DNA of 64,000 nucleotides from Pyrinomonadaceae bacterium (GTDB lineage Bacteria > Acidobacteriota > Blastocatellia > Pyrinomonadales > Pyrinomonadaceae), in assembly GCA_035572035.1 (NCBI GenBank), contig DATNBH010000070.1, positions 37,813 to 101,812 on the forward strand, read 5' to 3'. Below, piece after piece: positions 30,911 to 40,804 of this stretch; the first letter of the stretch is position 1, and every line of letters starts with the position of its first letter. Made by a program: the position numbers and the translations under genes. The notes below the pieces were generated by a model that ran no database searches, had not been told where the DNA came from, and saw only the letters and a list, made by a program, of their open reading frames with translations.

Positions 30911-33091
30911 ATGAATTTTGATCCGATCGAATACCTGCCCGCAATTGTGCTGCTCTTTGTTGGGCTAATAGTGCTGCTGATCATTTTGAAAAAAATACTG
31001 GTCAATGTTGGCCCACGCGAAATCGCGATCAAGGAAAGACGTTATCTTGGATCCAAGATGCCCCCCGGCCGCGTCGTTGCGACTGAAGGTGAAGTTGGTA
31101 TTCAGGCTGACGTGCTCAAGCCTGGCTTGCACTTCATCCGCTTCCCATTCGAAAGAGTCGTTCTCAAAAAACCGTTGATCGAGATCGGCGCTGACGAGCT
31201 CGGCATCGTTGAAGCAATTGATGGCGAGCCGATGGCTCCCGGAAGAATCTTCGCTCCCGATCGCGCGCAGAACGCGCACAATAACTTTCAGGATCCAATT
31301 GCGTTCATCAAACAAGGCGGCGTCAAGGGTATTCAATTGCGCACCCTGCCACCGGGACTGTGGCCGATACATCCGTATCTGTTTCGCGTTTCAGTGGGCA
31401 AGACTACGGTGATACCACAGGGGAAAGTTGGCGTTGTGACCGCAGCAGACGGCGCGCCGCTTGATCCCGGTCGCTTGTTGGGCAAGGCGATCCAGGGGCA
31501 CCTTAGTTTCCAGAACTCGGAGCTTTACATCGGATCTGGCGGCCAACGTGGTCCTCAGGTCGACATCCTGACACCGGGAACGTATCGCATCCTGAGCCAA
31601 TCGGTTCCACTTGAAGGCGGCAACGAGGTCAAGCCGGGATTATTTACGGTTAGACTTTTTGACGCCACGGTTATCAACGAGAATCAGATTGGTCTGGTTG
31701 AAGCATTGGATGGTTCACCGTTGAACCCTCGCGACTACGTGGCTGAGTCCGTCGCCGGTCATGACAATTTTCAGGATGGACACGAGTTCATCGACGGCAA
31801 AGGCCAACGCGGACCACAGAAAGACATTCTTTTGCCGGGCACTTATTACATCAACCCGCTGCTCTTCAAGGTGATTCTCGAATCAGCGAAAGAGGTGAAG
31901 CCCGGTGAGGTCGCGGTGATTGTCTCTAACACTGGTAAAGATCCTTCCGATGATATTCGCCGGCAGATGGCTGCGAAGGTTCGCGCCCGCATGGAGCGGG
32001 AAGAAAAAGAGCAGGCTGAACAATCGGCGGCGATCCTCGACAAGATTGACGACGGTCGCACCGCCGCTGAGATTCAGGTCGAATTGATGACGGGAGATCC
32101 GGCTGACCGGCGTCTCGATGAAGGTGCTCATGAGGCTTACGTTGTTCCCGAAGGATACCGAGGCATTCAGGAAACGGTTGTCGGTCCGGGTCGTTACTAC
32201 GTAAACGTGCTGGCGATCAGCCCCATTATTATTCCGACCACCAACCAGACAGTTGAATGGACTTCAGGAGAAGTGGTTAACACTTTCAATCCGTTTGAAG
32301 TGATCTCCAAAGATGGCTTCACCATGCAACTGGAAGTGCGCGTCGTTTTTCGCGTCAAGCCTGAAGACGCGCCCTTCATGGTGGCAAAGATCGGTGGCAT
32401 CGAACGTTTGATCCAAAACGTGATGCATCCACTCATCGACTCCATCTTCCGCAACCAGGCGTCTGAGTCCTCGGCGATGGCGTACCTGCAGAATAGACAC
32501 GAAGAGCAGGAACGCGCTGAAGCTCGCGTGCGCGCGCACCTGTTGAAGTATCACGTCGACGTGGTCAACGTGCTCATCTGCCACATCCACTTACCCGAAG
32601 AGTTGATGAAAACTCAGACGGAAAAAATTCTCGCGGAACAGCGCCAGAGTATGTATAACGCGCAGCGCGAAGCCGAAGAGAAACGTATTCAGCTCGAGCG
32701 GACGAAATCGCAAGCAGACAATCAGAAGGACCTGATGGCCGCCACGGTGGGAGTCGAGATCTCGGGCAAGCGCGCCGAACAGCGCCGGTCAGAGGGCGAA
32801 GGTGAAGCCCACTACATTCTGCAAACTGGAAGGGCCGAGGCTGAGAAGGTTCGCTTGATGGGCGAGGCTCAGGGCGTCGCTTATCACGAGCAGGTCAACG
32901 CGCTCGGTGCTCAGGGCGTTGCCCTTGTAGAAGTGCTGAAGGTGATTGGTGAGAAGGGTGTACGTATCACGCCCGACATCATGGCCTCAGGCGGCGGCAC
33001 CGATGGCGGCGGCGGTATTGGAACGCTGTTGCTCCTGAATCTCTTCCGCAACCAGATGAACCTACCGCCTACGAACGGCGACAAAAATTAG
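30911..33091 (+). CDS. Flotillin-family SPFH/band-7 protein
   Basis: N-terminal TM, SPFH repeats, long EA-rich coiled coil (EQRQSMYNAQREAEEKRIQLE...), Gly-rich tail. Confidence 0.85.
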   Translation: MNFDPIEYLPAIVLLFVGLIVLLIILKKILVNVGPREIAIKERRYLGSKMPPGRVVATEGEVGIQADVLKPGLHFIRFPFERVVLKKPLIEIGADELGIVEAIDGEPMAPGRIFAPDRAQNAHNNFQDPIAFIKQGGVKGIQLRTLPPGLWPIHPYLFRVSVGKTTVIPQGKVGVVTAADGAPLDPGRLLGKAIQGHLSFQNSELYIGSGGQRGPQVDILTPGTYRILSQSVPLEGGNEVKPGLFTVRLFDATVINENQIGLVEALDGSPLNPRDYVAESVAGHDNFQDGHEFIDGKGQRGPQKDILLPGTYYINPLLFKVILESAKEVKPGEVAVIVSNTGKDPSDDIRRQMAAKVRARMEREEKEQAEQSAAILDKIDDGRTAAEIQVELMTGDPADRRLDEGAHEAYVVPEGYRGIQETVVGPGRYYVNVLAISPIIIPTTNQTVEWTSGEVVNTFNPFEVISKDGFTMQLEVRVVFRVKPEDAPFMVAKIGGIERLIQNVMHPLIDSIFRNQASESSAMAYLQNRHEEQERAEARVRAHLLKYHVDVVNVLICHIHLPEELMKTQTEKILAEQRQSMYNAQREAEEKRIQLERTKSQADNQKDLMAATVGVEISGKRAEQRRSEGEGEAHYILQTGRAEAEKVRLMGEAQGVAYHEQVNALGAQGVALVEVLKVIGEKGVRITPDIMASGGGTDGGGGIGTLLLLNLFRNQMNLPPTNGDKN

Positions 33092-33257
33092 CCCGATAGT
33101 ATTAACTGACCGGATGTTTGAGTCGGCGGCCCAGGCCGTCGACTCATCGGTTTGATCCACCCTATGAAGACCGACCATTTATTAAAGACAAGACAACCCG
33201 CCTGTTGAATTACGAACTGGTGAAGCTCAAGAGCTTCTTTAGTGTGAGGTACAGCAT

Positions 33258-33455
33258 TTAGGCAAGCCGGCGGTATAGTTCTTCATTCTTACGCAGTACA
33301 TAATGGGCAGCGCGTTCAAACTTCTCGTCATATCCGACAAGCAAATCCTCGATAGTTGAACGTGCGAGAACTTCGACAGAGGTCCCTAGCCGATCAGCCA
33401 AGCTCTGTAGCTTTGCGAGTTGCTTTGGTTGGAGTTCAATAGTGATGTAGTTCAC
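33258..33455 (-). CDS. Small ribbon-helix-helix-like protein (possible orphan antitoxin)
   Basis: 65 aa with a beta-alpha-alpha pattern; sits in the low-GC islet. Confidence 0.3.
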   Translation of the reverse strand: MNYITIELQPKQLAKLQSLADRLGTSVEVLARSTIEDLLVGYDEKFERAAHYVLRKNEELYRRLA

Positions 33456-33872
33456 GGCATAAGACTGCTGTGGAGCCTTAGCTAACCAGAAAGTAGGAAT
33501 GGAGCCAGCGAAAAGGGGAGCTGTTAAGTCAACTTATGCCGCACTGCGGCTGGGTTTGGCCGAGTATTCTTCTTCGCTCTCTTCATAACTGCGTCTTTCT
33601 TCGGGCGTCACCCTGCGTGCACTAATTATCCTGATTCGTTTCCGTTCCGAGTACGCCCCAGCGAGCAATCGCCCCGCCTCGACTAGCCGATAATAACATA
33701 CCGATCTTCACGGATAGAATGCTCATTGCTGCGATAAATCACGAATAACGGATCCTCAAAAACGGTAAAAGCTTCCGCGAGATCAGATGTTTTCGTCGAT
33801 TCCGGACGGCGTTCTTAGCATCCGACTCAAAATCAGGTAGAGGTCCTAAAACTGTGTTGCTGATATGGCTAG

Positions 33873-34283
33873 TCACTCGTGAGAATATGCGCTGAAATTA
33901 GTGTCTAGCCAGAACGGGTAATAGATATGTCCATCTCTATATCCCAGCATTGGTTTCATTCCGTTATACCGAAATACCATAATTCGCACCTCATCAGTTA
34001 TGTAGGATGGAATGGGTACACTTATTTGGTCTTGGGGTATCCATTCAAACCCCATCTTGTGGTGATCTAGGGATTGAATTTCGTTCCAAGTGATTTGGCT
34101 TAAACGGCAAAGCTTGCTAATAAAGGCCGCTTTTTCTTCTCTATCACAGTTATCGAAGCAACCCATGTTCATATGCTCCAAACCAAACAGGGGACGGCGC
34201 TGCCCGAAAGGCACTTCGGCTACGGGCGGAGCTATCCTTGACCCCTTTTCGAGTCTTTGTCGTTTAAGCTTCTTCGAGACCAA
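33873..34283 (-). CDS. Small unknown protein overlapping the Panacea-domain gene (candidate toxin partner)
   Basis: TTG start overlaps the upstream stop by 20 nt; an alternative ATG at MNMGCFDNC gives about 100 aa; no known domain. Confidence 0.4.
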   Translation of the reverse strand: MVSKKLKRQRLEKGSRIAPPVAEVPFGQRRPLFGLEHMNMGCFDNCDREEKAAFISKLCRLSQITWNEIQSLDHHKMGFEWIPQDQISVPIPSYITDEVRIMVFRYNGMKPMLGYRDGHIYYPFWLDTNFSAYSHE

Positions 34284-34722
34284 CTAATTGAGTAGAGAAG
34301 TAACGGTAGAGAGAATCAAGGGAAATTATACGACCTAAGCTTTTCAAGCCTTCCTGGTAGGGCGGTTCTTCATGTGTTAGGTTGCGCAGTTTCCACGCTG
34401 AAAATTGTCCGTAGACCTTATAAACCTCGTCTAGAAGTTCTCGTTGTTCGGTGCTGAATATCTCAGAATCGAAGTCAACTGGACGCGGAATAGGCCCAGC
34501 CCCAAAAGTCTTAAATTCATGATAAAGGGAATCAACTACAGGCCCATGAGTCCAAGCTTCAATCTGATCTGGGAAAAGCGCGGTTTTCTCAAACATCGCA
34601 ACGTGGAAACCTTGAGCGTAATACACCAGCTTTTGAAGCTTGAGATTTGAAATTAGATCTCCTGCTTCTTCATCCGTCTGAGACAGAAAATAGTTGGCGA
34701 CGTGTAGGGCGGTAACTGACAT
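34264..34722 (-). CDS. Panacea-domain (DUF4065, SocA/PanA-like) putative antitoxin
   Basis: N-terminal MSVTALHVANYFLS...LSNLKLQKLVYYAQGFHVA...W.HGPVV is a good DUF4065 signature. Confidence 0.7.
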   Translation of the reverse strand: MSVTALHVANYFLSQTDEEAGDLISNLKLQKLVYYAQGFHVAMFEKTALFPDQIEAWTHGPVVDSLYHEFKTFGAGPIPRPVDFDSEIFSTEQRELLDEVYKVYGQFSAWKLRNLTHEEPPYQEGLKSLGRIISLDSLYRYFSTQLVGLEEA

Positions 34723-34890
34723 AGCGGATCTTTCGTATCATTCGCGAGATCCTGTGTCAACGTTTAACCGTCAGTTCAACACTGTTGTGATTAATAGGTG
34801 CTTAAGGCGCTGTCAGCGTTGCAGCACTTTCTTTGGGTCTTTACCCGTTTCCGCGACCTCTAGTGGTAGATTTATGAGCAGGCCGAACCT

Positions 34891-36621
34891 TTAACTATCA
34901 AAGTACATCTTGGCGGCCATTTTGGTGAGCTTCCAGACTTTGGACCATTCGATCCGGGTATTGCCGTTCTCTCTGCCCGTCAACTTATTGAGGATCATCT
35001 CGCGGAAGACCTTGCCTTCACGTCGCAGCATGAACTCTTTCGCGAAAGGCTTCGCTGTTTCAAAGAAACTAAAGCCAGGATCCGTAACGATGCCAATGCC
35101 TTCGAGCGTCATCAGCGCGCGCATGACATAAGTGAAGTTGGAAGGCAGCCTGAACGGATACTCATAAACCACCTCAGCCAGGTCATAAGTTAGTTCCTTG
35201 AAGTTCACTTCGCCGAGTTTCAGGTTGATGTAGTGTTGGAACAAACCTTCGACGACCGGCCGCACCATCTCGGGATCCACACCGGGCTTGAGGAAGTTCA
35301 GATTGATGATGTCCTGGCCCAGTCCCTGAACGTCTTTCGCCACCACGTGGAAGAACGCATCGATCATTTGTGACTGCAGCTTGGAAGTAATTCTTCCCAC
35401 CATGCCGAAGTCAAAAAAGGCGAGATGCCCCGAGTCCATCACCAGCAAATTACCCGGATGAGGATCAGCGTGAAAGAACCCGTCTTCGAGTAATTGCTTG
35501 AGATACGTCTTGACGAGCAGACGATTGACCTTCACCGCCGAGATACGCCGCGCCCGCAACCCCTCGAGATCGACGACCTTTGTCCCGCGAATAAATTCCA
35601 AAGTCAGCACGCGCTGCGAAGTATGACTCCAGTAAATCAAGGGGACGCGAATGACTCGCCAGGTGCGAAAGTTATGTCTAAAGCGATCCGCGTTGCGACC
35701 CTCTTTGACGTAATCGATCTCTTCAAAGACCGTCGCATAAAACTCTCGCAGCATTCCCTCCCAATCAGCATTTTCATTCAGCTTGGGAAAGAATCGATTC
35801 ATCAACTGAACCAGCCGGTAAAGAACAGCGATATCAAAACTCAGAATCTCCGGCAGATTAGGACGCTGCACTTTCACTGCGACTTCTTTGCCCGAGTGCA
35901 ATCGCGCGCGATAGACCTGGCCCAGCGAGGCCGCAGCAATCGGCTCAGCATCGATCTCGGCGAATGCTTGTTGCAGGCTCATGCCCAGCTCAGTCTGAAT
36001 GCGAGCATATGCTTCGGTGGTCGGAAACTCCGGAACTTGATCCTGAAGGCTAGCCAGTTCTTTGACATAGGCGATCGGCAGCAGGTCCGCGCGAGTCCCA
36101 AGGGCCTGGCCAATTTTGATGAACGTTGGGCCGAGCTCGATGAGGCTCTCGCGCAACCACGCAGCTTGTTTGGCCAGGCGTTCGTCCTTGCGCACTGAAC
36201 CGTCGGCGCCGCGAAATACAAAATATCTAAGCGCGCGAATTACTTTGTCGATTGCCCGCGAATCCAGCCTACGACTCCACTCTTGAAACTGGGCTCTTCG
36301 TCCTCGCGACGACGCCTCTTTACGCAGTCGTTCTTCGGTCCGAATATTGAAACTGGCACGGACGTCATACGTGTCGAGAAAGAGATAGAGCGAAAGCGAA
36401 CCGAGCACTCGACCAATGTTCGCCGCTCGCAGCCAGCCGCGCAGTCCTCGACCCTTCAGAGTTGCATCGACCAGTTCTTCGGTTAGCGGAGGGACTGGCT
36501 CTGTCTTAGGAATGTGATGTTCAGGCTTGAAGTGAGTCGATGGATCAGACCTCGTCAGGCGGCCGTTTCCAGAACCGGCGCCGGCTTTCGTGGGGACCAA
36601 TGCTTGCTCGGTCTTAATCAT
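34891..36621 (-). CDS. ABC1/UbiB-family atypical kinase
   Basis: [12 protein letters not shown] and the catalytic-loop region. Confidence 0.85.
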   Translation of the reverse strand: MIKTEQALVPTKAGAGSGNGRLTRSDPSTHFKPEHHIPKTEPVPPLTEELVDATLKGRGLRGWLRAANIGRVLGSLSLYLFLDTYDVRASFNIRTEERLRKEASSRGRRAQFQEWSRRLDSRAIDKVIRALRYFVFRGADGSVRKDERLAKQAAWLRESLIELGPTFIKIGQALGTRADLLPIAYVKELASLQDQVPEFPTTEAYARIQTELGMSLQQAFAEIDAEPIAAASLGQVYRARLHSGKEVAVKVQRPNLPEILSFDIAVLYRLVQLMNRFFPKLNENADWEGMLREFYATVFEEIDYVKEGRNADRFRHNFRTWRVIRVPLIYWSHTSQRVLTLEFIRGTKVVDLEGLRARRISAVKVNRLLVKTYLKQLLEDGFFHADPHPGNLLVMDSGHLAFFDFGMVGRITSKLQSQMIDAFFHVVAKDVQGLGQDIINLNFLKPGVDPEMVRPVVEGLFQHYINLKLGEVNFKELTYDLAEVVYEYPFRLPSNFTYVMRALMTLEGIGIVTDPGFSFFETAKPFAKEFMLRREGKVFREMILNKLTGRENGNTRIEWSKVWKLTKMAAKMYFDS

Positions 36622-36624
36622 GTA

Positions 36625-37578
36625 TTAGCTCATCGAAAGCGAGTTTCTAACTCCGCTTCGTTCGAAATAACCCTGCGCGCGCTTTACGTCTCTTTCAATT
36701 TGCGCCTTCAATTCATCGACTGAGCGGAACTTCATCTCGTTTCTCAATCTGTGCAGGAATCTCACCCGAACTACGTCTCCGTATAAATCGCCCGCCCAAT
36801 TCATTACGTACGTCTCAACTGAAGGTTCCACGTCGTTCGTAAACGTTGGCCGCACGCCGACATTCGTTACACTTCGTCGCCATTGTCCTTCAATTAGCGT
36901 TCCCGTTACGTAAACGCCGTTCCGTGGTATGACGCGGTTGTGCGGACGCAAATTCGCTGTAGGGAAACCGAGCGTGTGTCCTCGTTCATCACCACGAAGA
37001 ACGAGACCTTCTACTCCATAAGGACGGCCCAACATGCGGCGAGCGAGGTTTACTTTCCCGTCCAGCAGAAACTGACGAATCCGGCTCGAGCTAACCCGTT
37101 GATTTCTTAGACGAACCTCAGGAACTTCGTCAGCAAAGAAGCCGAGTTCCTGACTCACTCGCCGCAGCAAGTCGATATGGCCCTCGCGATCGTGTCCGAA
37201 AGCAAAGCCGCGTCCCAGGTAAACTTCCTTTGCATGCAGCCGCTCTTTCACAATGTCTCGTAAAAAGCTCTCGGCGCGAATCATTGAAAACTCTTTCGTG
37301 AAGTTGATGACTATGGTCTGTTCGATGCCGAGCACTCCGAAGCCTTCGACTTTCTGATCCAGAGTTTGCAGCAGCGGCGGCGCGGATTGAGGATGCAGGA
37401 CTGCGCGTGGATGAGGATCGAACGTGATCACGGTTGGGATTGCGCCAACAGCCCGCGCTCGTTCACTGACCGTGCGCATTACTAATTGATGGCCGAGATG
37501 CAGTCCGTCGAAGACGCCCAACGTCAAGACTGTCGGGCGTTGAATCTCCGCATTGTCGGTCCCGTGAAATAGTCGCAT
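36625..37578 (-). CDS. ribF: Bifunctional riboflavin kinase / FAD synthetase
   Basis: GVFDGLHLGHQ nucleotidyltransferase motif plus C-terminal riboflavin kinase. Confidence 0.9.
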   Translation of the reverse strand: MRLFHGTDNAEIQRPTVLTLGVFDGLHLGHQLVMRTVSERARAVGAIPTVITFDPHPRAVLHPQSAPPLLQTLDQKVEGFGVLGIEQTIVINFTKEFSMIRAESFLRDIVKERLHAKEVYLGRGFAFGHDREGHIDLLRRVSQELGFFADEVPEVRLRNQRVSSSRIRQFLLDGKVNLARRMLGRPYGVEGLVLRGDERGHTLGFPTANLRPHNRVIPRNGVYVTGTLIEGQWRRSVTNVGVRPTFTNDVEPSVETYVMNWAGDLYGDVVRVRFLHRLRNEMKFRSVDELKAQIERDVKRAQGYFERSGVRNSLSMS

Positions 37579-37587
37579 AGCCTTCTA

Positions 37588-37665
37588 AACAGGCGTTTAG
37601 AGTTCGAGCTTCAGGTTGTGGCTGCTACGACACACAAGCTGAAGCTTGAACTCTAAACTCCTGTT
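37588..37665. repeat. REP-like palindrome, family A (second copy)
   Basis: Matches 614-691. Confidence 0.6.
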
Positions 37666-37667
37666 CT

Positions 37668-38435
37668 TCAACTTTCCTCAAGCACCAGGCCGTCGTACGC
37701 CCACTCGACACCCGCAGGTAATTTAGCGGAGTCTCGCTCGTGCTTCACATCATGAGCAATGTGAGTGAGGTATGCTCGCCGTGGCTTTAGTTCATCGATG
37801 TACTCCAAAGCTTTATCCAGCCAAAGATGCGTCGGATGCTCTTTGAAACGCAGGCAGTCGAGCACAAAAACGTCGAGACCACGCAGCGCGTCCATGGTCG
37901 CAGGCGGAATCTCACTCAAGTCGGTCGCGTAAGCAAAATCATTGAAGCGATAAGCCATCACCGGCAGACGGCCGTGAATTACTTCGAGGGGTGTGACTAG
38001 CAAATCCCTTCCCACACAAAACGGCGCGTAAGGGAAAACGGTGTGCGCGACAACCTGGGGCAAGCCTCCGCCAAAATAAGTCGGCTCAAAAATGTATTTG
38101 AAGATCCGCCGGATGTCGGGCCAGGCTCGCTCATTGGCGAAGACACCGAGCGCGCCGAATCGAAAATTCAAAGGACGGATGTCGTCGAGCCCGAAGATGT
38201 GATCGGCATGGCAATGCGTAATCAGCACTGCATCGAGCCGCTTCAACCCGAAACGCAACGCCTGCTGACGAAAATCTGAGGAAGTATCTACAAGAATTGT
38301 TTGGCCGTCGTGTTCAATGACGATTGAAACGCGCAGTCGCTTGTCGCGAGGGTCATCTGAGACGCAGGTCTCGCACTGGCAGGCGATGGATGGAACGCCG
38401 GTGGATGTCCCCGTGCCGAGGAAGGTTAGCTTCAT
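37668..38435 (-). CDS. MBL-fold metallo-hydrolase
   Basis: HCHADH motif; MKLTFLGTGTSTGVP N-terminus. Confidence 0.8.
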   Translation of the reverse strand: MKLTFLGTGTSTGVPSIACQCETCVSDDPRDKRLRVSIVIEHDGQTILVDTSSDFRQQALRFGLKRLDAVLITHCHADHIFGLDDIRPLNFRFGALGVFANERAWPDIRRIFKYIFEPTYFGGGLPQVVAHTVFPYAPFCVGRDLLVTPLEVIHGRLPVMAYRFNDFAYATDLSEIPPATMDALRGLDVFVLDCLRFKEHPTHLWLDKALEYIDELKPRRAYLTHIAHDVKHERDSAKLPAGVEWAYDGLVLEES

Positions 38436-38442
38436 ACGAAAA

Positions 38443-38542
38443 ACGTTCTTGGTTCTTTGTACTTTGTTTGTCTCGGGACAGCTGATTTTGCACTCAAGTT
38501 TCCGAAGAAGAACAAAGAACTAAGTACAAAGAACCAAGAACA
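38443..38542. repeat. Palindromic element, family C
   Basis: GGTTCTTTGTACTTTG ... CAAAGAACTAAGTACAAAGAACC. Confidence 0.6.
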
Positions 38543-38549
38543 ACTAGAT

Positions 38550-39107
38550 CTATTTTCCGCCGATAATGTCTTTGCCGGTGTAGGGCTGGGGGCCTTTGGC
38601 GGCAGCGGAGCTGCTGAGCGAAACGAACTGCATGCGCAAATCGGCAAGCCATCCTTCCAGTATCTTTGTTTCTCCGGTCGATAAGTTACCGGCAGTTTTC
38701 TGCTGCAGCATGCCGAGCACATCGATCCAGTGCTTCCCTAGTTCAAGATCCACTTCTCGTTTGTGCGTGACGGGATGCTCCATCATTCCGAGTGCTGACG
38801 CCGCATTCGAAGCTATCGACATCGCGAAATTCACAAAGCTCGATGGGTCGTGAGCGCCAGGAATGTCTGACTCGTCAAATTCTTCCTGGTCCTCTTCCGT
38901 AGCGAGCTCATCGGGCGCAGGTTCGCTTTCAGCTGTTGCGGTTTCGGTTGTGTCAACAACTTGCTCCGGAGCAGCCGCTTCCGTTGGGCTCACCTCGGGC
39001 TGAGCCTCCGCCTCGGTTTTCTCTTCGGGTGTAAGCTCACGGGGCGAGCCGTCGGCGTTAAATAGTCTGCGGTCGGTTACCTTAAAAGTTCCTTGCTGTT
39101 CGTCCAT
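38550..39107 (-). CDS. Hypothetical acidic protein
   Basis: E/T/A-rich, probably disordered N-terminus; no motifs. Confidence 0.45.
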   Translation of the reverse strand: MDEQQGTFKVTDRRLFNADGSPRELTPEEKTEAEAQPEVSPTEAAAPEQVVDTTETATAESEPAPDELATEEDQEEFDESDIPGAHDPSSFVNFAMSIASNAASALGMMEHPVTHKREVDLELGKHWIDVLGMLQQKTAGNLSTGETKILEGWLADLRMQFVSLSSSAAAKGPQPYTGKDIIGGK

Positions 39108-39193
39108 GCTCTTTACTCGGCTGGAAAAAATCCCAGCTCAAACCATCCTTCTTGAGGTAATTGAGATTAAGACAAATCCTAACATCCCTGTAC

Positions 39194-39700
39194 TGCAAGC
39201 TGCTAGCCTGCAGTTTGTCCCCCAGTGCGCCAAGAAAAAGTAGGTAGTCGCTAAAACTGCCAAAACTGAGGCCACGGCCTGGCGCCGTGGTCACTCACGT
39301 TGGTCGCTAACAGAGGCGGGCCGAGCTTTTTGGTGATGCCACGGGCTCGTCCAGCTTTGCCCGAAAAGTCTTAAATCCCACCTGCGGCAGCTGGTGGTTA
39401 CTTCAGGTCCAGCCTACCAACCTTTTATGTCGTTGTTATTCAATCCCACCTGCGGCAGCAGGTGGATGGTTCAAGTCCTGCCTATTTCCGTTGAAAACTT
39501 GCAAGCGAGGCTGCACTTGAAACATCCCTCAGCTGCCGCTGAGGGGATTCAAAGGACCAATCCCAACCTCTCTTGGTAGGTCGAAATTGAACTATCCACC
39601 AGCTGCCGCAGGTGGGATTTAAGACTTTTCGGGCAAAGCTGCTCTAAGACCAAAGTCCAAAGACCACTTCTTACATCGGTGGAATCTGCGTAATCGCCGG
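39194..39700. repeat. Composite repeat hotspot: families B, D (partial MITE), E (palindromic CCCACCTGCGGCAGCTGGTGGG units x4 in both orientations), C and F
   Basis: Seen directly; 500 bp intergenic with no ORF. Confidence 0.6.
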
Positions 39701-39763
39701 ATAACGTTCGTTCTCCGCGCGTGACAGCTACAGGCTGGCAGCCTGTTGTACACTGGCTGCTCT

Positions 39764-40582
39764 ATGTCAAAAACATTTGCTGATCTGGTCGAGTTAATGA
39801 ATCGGTTGCGATCGCCGGACGGTTGTCCGTGGGATCGTGAGCAGACTTACTCCACACTGGCGCCCATGCTTTTGGAAGAAGCATACGAAGCCTTTGAAGC
39901 GGTCGAAGCGGCTAATGAAGGAAGAGCCCATGAGCTGCGTAATGAACTCGGAGACTTGTTGTTCCAGGTAGTTTTCTACGCCCAAGTCGCAAAAGAGCGC
40001 GGCGAGTTTTCAGTCGACGACGTCACGAATGCAGTCCACGAAAAAATGGTGCGCCGCCATCCGCATGTATTTGCGGACGCCAAGGCCGACAGCACTTCTG
40101 AAGTTTTGCGTAGTTGGGAGGCTATCAAAGCTGAAGAGAAGCGCGCTGCCGGTGACAGTGGCGAGAAGGACACATCAATTCTCGATGGCGTATCGAGCAA
40201 AGCACCGGCCTTGATGGAAGCACACCAGCTCTCGACGAAAGCTGCTCGCGTGGGATTTGACTGGCAAAAGATCGAAGATATCTTCACCAAGATCGAGGAA
40301 GAGCTCGATGAGCTACGCGCAGCCATCGCAGCCCATGCTGACTCAAAAGCCGAAGCTGACCACACGCGCGTGCGAGAGGAAGTTGGCGACTTGATATTTG
40401 CTGTAACGAATGTCGCTCGTCATCTACACGTCGAGCCGGAAGCTGCCCTGAAGCTCACTAACCGCAAATTCCGAAAACGCTTTGGCCACATCGAATCGAG
40501 ATTGCGCGAACAGAGTAAGGACTTTGCCGCGACGACGCTCGATGAAATGGAATCACTCTGGCAGGAAGCAAAAACTTTGTAA
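39764..40582 (+). CDS. mazG: Nucleoside triphosphate pyrophosphohydrolase MazG
   Basis: Tandem MazG domains (LVELMNRLRSPDGCPWD...EEAYE). Confidence 0.9.
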   Translation: MSKTFADLVELMNRLRSPDGCPWDREQTYSTLAPMLLEEAYEAFEAVEAANEGRAHELRNELGDLLFQVVFYAQVAKERGEFSVDDVTNAVHEKMVRRHPHVFADAKADSTSEVLRSWEAIKAEEKRAAGDSGEKDTSILDGVSSKAPALMEAHQLSTKAARVGFDWQKIEDIFTKIEEELDELRAAIAAHADSKAEADHTRVREEVGDLIFAVTNVARHLHVEPEAALKLTNRKFRKRFGHIESRLREQSKDFAATTLDEMESLWQEAKTL

Positions 40583-40596
40583 GACTGTAAAGATCA

Positions 40597-40796
40597 TCCG
40601 CAGATTACGCAGATTTCACAGATGTTTTGTTGAGTGACAATTCACGCTGACGAGGAATTGTCTCGCCCATCTTTGGAATCTGCGGTGTACCGAGATGCTT
40701 GCCAAGCCGGTAACTCGAACTACACAGATCGGTAATTCATGAGTCAACCGACCCGTGACTCAACAAAACATCTGTGGAATCTGCGTAATCTGCGGA
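40597..40796. mobile_element. MITE-like element, family F with about 40-bp TIRs (CCGCAGATTACGCAGATTTCACAGATGTTTTGTTGAGTGAC)
   Basis: Perfectly inverted ends. Related copies at 46010-46143 and 39676-39699. Confidence 0.6.
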
Positions 40797-40804
40797 TAAG
40801 TTTT

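Noticed and set aside
39353-39642. Possible mini-CRISPR array (25-bp repeat CAATCCCACCTGCGGCAGCTGGTGG, about 47-bp spacer)
   Set aside because: Only two direct copies exist, and further copies occur in inverted orientation. Each unit is itself palindromic and flanked by a larger inverted repeat. There are no cas genes, leader or regular spacing. This fits REP-like elements.
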